Below, in pieces: positions 59,780 to 64,000 of a DNA stretch of 64,000 nucleotides (the stretch's first letter is position 1; each line of letters begins with the position of its first letter). This stretch comes from Octopus vulgaris (taxonomy: Eukaryota), in NCBI GenBank assembly GCA_951406725.2, contig OX597833.1, positions 20,336,001 through 20,400,000 on the forward strand, given 5' to 3'. The translations under genes and the position numbers were made by a program. Under the pieces are notes generated by a model that was not told the origin of the DNA, ran no database searches, and was given only the letters and a program-made list of their open reading frames with translations.

Positions 59780-61710
59780 AAGCTAACCTCAGTGGAAATG
59801 GGATTTTGTCTGGGATTGGCATGTCCATCATACCTCAATCTTAGTTGTTTTATTAAGGCAGCGAGTTGGCAGAATCGTAACCGTGCCAAGAAAAAAAATG
59901 CTTTGCGGTGTTTCTTCCGACTTTACGTTCTGAGTTCAAATGTCGCCGGTGTCGACTTTGCATTCATCCCTTTTTTTTCGGAGTCGATAAAGTAAGTATC
60001 AGTTGAATTCCGGGGTCGATGTAATCCACTGGTACCATTTCCTACAATTTCTGGCCTTGTGCTAAAATTTGAAACCAACATCTTTTCTGTTATAGGCACA
60101 AAACCTGATATTTTTTGGGGTGAGGATGGGTTAGTCGATTACATCAACCTCAGTGTGCAATTGGCCCCCAAAAAGATGAAAGGCAAAGTCGACCTCGGTA
60201 GAATTTGAACTCAGAATATAAAGACGGAACTAAATGCCGCTAAGCATTTTGTCCAAAGTGCTGAAGATTCTGGCAGATCGCCGTCTTTAGCTATTTTGAT
60301 ATCGTCCAACTCTTTCAATCTTTCACTTGAGAAACGCTATCCTTTTATTTAAGACAGGCAGCAATACGGCGTGTAATACGAGAGAAATTTTGGTTACTAT
60401 TTCTAGTAGATTAAGTAACCTCATAGTGGCCCCCTTTTGTTTTTCTGTTAATAAAATAACACAGCCGAAAGAACACAAAGCAAAAGTTACAAGCCAAAAA
60501 CGATTGTTTCTATTTCATCTCTGTCACGAAACTTCAGATAGTTTTTCACGTGTCATGATGTCTCACTTTTTGTTTTGCAACCAGCCAATCAATTCACGAA
60601 TCGATCAATCGATTACGTTCTTTTGATGTGCAGTTACTATTAAAACAAAGAAGAACACAGGGAGGGAGAAATGTAAATGCATTTTTAAAATTCGTTTTAA
60701 CTCTTTATATACGCATGGAAGATGCGGCATTTGTTCAGACGTTTCCATTATAGTCTCTCTCTCCCCTTCCTCTCTCTCTCGCCGAGTATGCATGTATTAG
60801 TGTGCGTGTATGTGTGCGTGTGTTTGTGTGTCTGTTGGTGTATATGTTTGTGGGTATGTATCTATGTGTATGTGTTTGCTTGCGTGCGTGCGTGTTGCTC
60901 TGTGTACGTATTTATGAACATATGTGTACCTGTTATTGTGTATGTGTGTGCGCGTTTTTTAGGCGCTAGTGTGTTTTGTATTTGTGTGTGTGTGTTGGTG
61001 AGTATATTTGTGTGTACGTGATTGTGTGCGTACGTAAATGTACAAGTGTGGGCTCGCGTGTGAGTGCGTTTGCGTGTGCGTGTGCGCTTGTGCATACGCA
61101 CACATGCGTGTGCTCGTGTTAGTATATATGTGTCTGTATGTGCATGTTTGTATGCGTATGTGTGCGCTTATGCGTGCATGTGTGTGTGTGTGTGTGTGTG
61201 TGTGAGCGGGCACGTATGTGTTTTTGCGCATGTTTGTGTCTGTGTGTATATGTGTGTTAGCATGCATGTGTATATTTGCGTGTGTGCATCTGCACGTGTA
61301 CGTATATGCATTTGCGGCGCAGACATTTGTTTGTGTCTGTGCCAGCGGTTCTCAAACCCAGAGCTGCATGCAGCCCTCGAACATCCTTCAGACGGTGTTT
61401 TCCCTATAAATATAATAAATGGTTCTTTATTTGCCTTGTGTTTTCCTTTTCGTTTTTGGTGCGGGTCCCCGCCACTAATAAAATCGAGGTTTTGGATCTG
61501 TCACAGATATTAAAAAGGCTATGAAGTGAGAACCATTGATCTACGTATATAAGAGTTGGCATATATTGTATAAGAGAACCACTGATCTATATATAATAGT
61601 TGGCATAAATTGTATAAGATCTATGGCTCAGACAATACAACACTACAGATAAAATTGCATTAAGCTTTAGCTCACAAAGTTTTGAGTTGGAGCCCTGCTG
61701 GGATATTTTG

Positions 61711-62053
61711 GGATCTTTTCACTCTGACCGGCAGATTTTTAAAATAATTTCTTTGTAACTAAACACTTTTAAACTTCGTATACTGGTAGAATGTGTTACA
61801 TAAAACATCTTTTTCTCTTGGCTTTCTTGAGAAAATTCTGACGTCAATAGACGTCATTGATTGGTTGAAATTGCCGAAATGCAAGAAATGCAAGAAATTT
61901 AACAAGAAATAGCTTACAAACTACAGAATTTTCTCAAGAAAGCCAAGAGAAAAAGATGTTTTATGTAACACATTCTACCAGTATACGAAGTTTAAAAGTG
62001 TTTAGTTACAAAGAAATTATTTTAAAAATCTACCGGTCAGAGTGAAAAGATCC
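61711..62053. mobile_element. Long-TIR MITE (Merlin- or MULE-like), ~130-bp TIRs, 8-bp TSD
   Basis: GGATCTTTTCACTCTGACCGG...(61711-61840) is inverted at 61924-62053. ATATTTTG is duplicated at 61703-61710 and 62054-62061. Confidence 0.85.
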
Positions 62054-62693
62054 ATATTTTGTCCTATATATCCTGGGTCGAATGCCCTGTCCAGTTTAGT
62101 GCTATCACATCTGGACTTTGAGCGCGTACGACTCACACTCTCTTTCTCTCGCCTTTCTCCCGTATTCCTTCCTCCTCTCTCTCTTTCTTTTTTCTCCCTT
62201 TCATTCTCCATCTTATTCTTCAATCTCTTTTGCTGTCCTTCCTCACTTACCTCCCTTGAACCTCTTTCTCTCTCTCTCCCCCCTCCGTCTCATTCTTTGG
62301 TCCCTCTGATTTCTCTCCCCCTCTTCTTTTCCTTAGTCCTTCTGCCCTCTTCAACTACCTCTCCCCCCGCTACAAAGTGTTCGCTGTCTGGTTCAGACAT
62401 TGTCGCCCTTTTTCGGCCGGCTATCTGTCCTGCTGCCCGGTCAGTTAAGATTTTTTTTCATATTCTTGGCGCTAGCTTACTACACTCGTCTGATAGTCGA
62501 AAGACCCCTGCTTGTTTTGTTTTGTTTTATTATATTTTTGCTGTAATTGTATAATTATTTTCCTTTTGTTGTATAGCCGAAGGGCGTTTGTCCATTGTAT
62601 ATGTATAATTCTATTTCATATGTTACGTTCGTCCGAGATTCGAAAGAACCTTTCTATTGTTTACTTATTTGTTTTCGTATATGTACTCCTGTA

Positions 62694-63110
62694 GGCGCAG
62701 GAGTGGCTGTGTGGTAAGTAGCTTGCTAACCAACCACATGGTTCCGGGTTCAGTCCCACTGCGTGGCATCTTGGGCAAGTGTCTTCTGCTATAGCCTCGG
62801 GCCGACCAATGCCCTGTGAGTGGATTTGGTAGACGGAAACTGAAAGAAGCCCGTCGTATATATGTATATATATATATATGTGTGTGTGTGTGTATATGTT
62901 TCTGTGTCTGGGTTTGTGCCCCCTAGCATTGCTTGACAACCGATGCTGGTGTGTTTACGTCCCCGTCACTTAGCGGTTCGGCAAAAGAGACCGATAGAAT
63001 AAGTACTGGGCTTACAAAGAATAAGTCCCGGGGTCGATTTGCTCGACTAAAGGCGGTGCTCCAGCATGGCCGCAATCAAATGACTGAAGCAAGTAAAAAA
63101 GTAAAGAGAG
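62694..63110 (+). mobile_element. tRNA-derived SINE family B (GGCGCAGGAGTGGCTGTGTGGTAAG... head, CORE-like TTGGGCAAGTGTCTT), with internal (TA)n/(TG)n
   Basis: A/B boxes TGGCTGTGTGG and GGTTCAGTCCC. Homologous copies near 8508, 29215, 31970, 44005, 45965, 49508 and 57574. Confidence 0.85.
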
Positions 63111-63422
63111 AGTACAGTCGTTTGCTTTGCCCAGGGGCTTAATACTTTTAGCTTTAGTCCATGACCAGCCGGTTTCGAGTAGTATCGGAAATAAATGGCC
63201 GAAACTACGTGGACATTCCGGATTTCGACTGAAGAGTCAATTGGCTGTGGATGATCCGTATATCTTGGTTTTTCCTGTTTACCATTGTTGTGCTTTCGTC
63301 CTTTTCCTGCATCTTGTGGTTTGACGGTTTCGGTTTGTGTTTTTTCTGTTAAAAATTTTTTTTAAAATTAAAGACTGTTTGCCAACATAATGTGACAGTC
63401 CTGGATGGGACAAATGTTACTG

Positions 63423-63425
<3 letters not shown>

Positions 63426-63476
<51 letters not shown>

Positions 63477-63500
63477 TATATATATATATACAAACATATA

Positions 63501-63582
<82 letters not shown>

Positions 63583-63644
63583 TATATTTGTATATATATA
63601 CAAATATATATATATACATATATGTATATATATATATATATACA

Positions 63645-63702
<58 letters not shown>

Positions 63703-63750
63703 CACATACCTACATACATACGTACATACATACATACGTACACACACACA
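63426..63750. repeat. (TA)n-rich microsatellite
   Basis: direct reading. Confidence 0.95.
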
Positions 63751-64000
63751 CGCATATTATCGATCGCACCAACTCAGTATATGTGCTTTGTTTGTTCGCC
63801 AGTACAGGAGTGATGACTACTGATATTTCAACACGTACTTGAATCGGGGAAGAGTCGAATTGGAGGCGAGTTGCCTCGTTTTTCAATAACTTTCACGTGT
63901 TTTTTTAACACTCAGCGTTATGAGGCAGTCGTCCCCAAAGCGCAATCCGCAGCGAACCAGCGAAGTAACAAGACACGTAGATTAAGTATATGCGGTCGAT

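Noticed and set aside
63155-63260. GGCCGAAACTAC...CTGAAGAGTC hammerhead-like boxes
   Set aside because: Stems I and III and the cleavage triplet could not be assembled convincingly; at best a decayed relic.
58244-64000. Further upstream SLC6 exons
   Set aside because: No TM11-like exon with valid splice sites was recognised; it probably lies beyond the window.

Overview
This is eukaryotic, AT-rich, microsatellite- and SINE-dense genomic DNA. The repeat families look like those of octopus (coleoid cephalopod); that assignment is an inference. Two protein-coding genes face each other tail-to-tail. (1) A complete 17-coding-exon CLPTM1L (ER lipid scramblase) lies on the + strand at 4399-38383. 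Its CDS is 1602 nt (533 aa), all introns are GT-AG with consistent phases, and it ends in a KKxx ER-retrieval signal. (2) The last two exons of an SLC6 Na+/Cl--dependent transporter (GlyT/PROT-like) lie on the - strand at 56061-58243. The rest is tRNA-derived SINEs, R4/Dong, RTE and CR1 LINE remnants, Tc1/mariner relics, piggyBac-like, hAT and long-TIR MITEs, and a Helitron. Almost all ORFs in the supplied track are spurious microsatellite or SINE translations. The most notable unannotated signal is a set of hammerhead-ribozyme motifs in CLPTM1L introns. An intact type I hammerhead sits inside a highly structured 363-nt tandem repeat with an inverted tail (retrozyme / non-autonomous Penelope-like architecture). 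A diverged relative shows compensatory stem changes, and two further minimal Penelope-type hammerheads are present.
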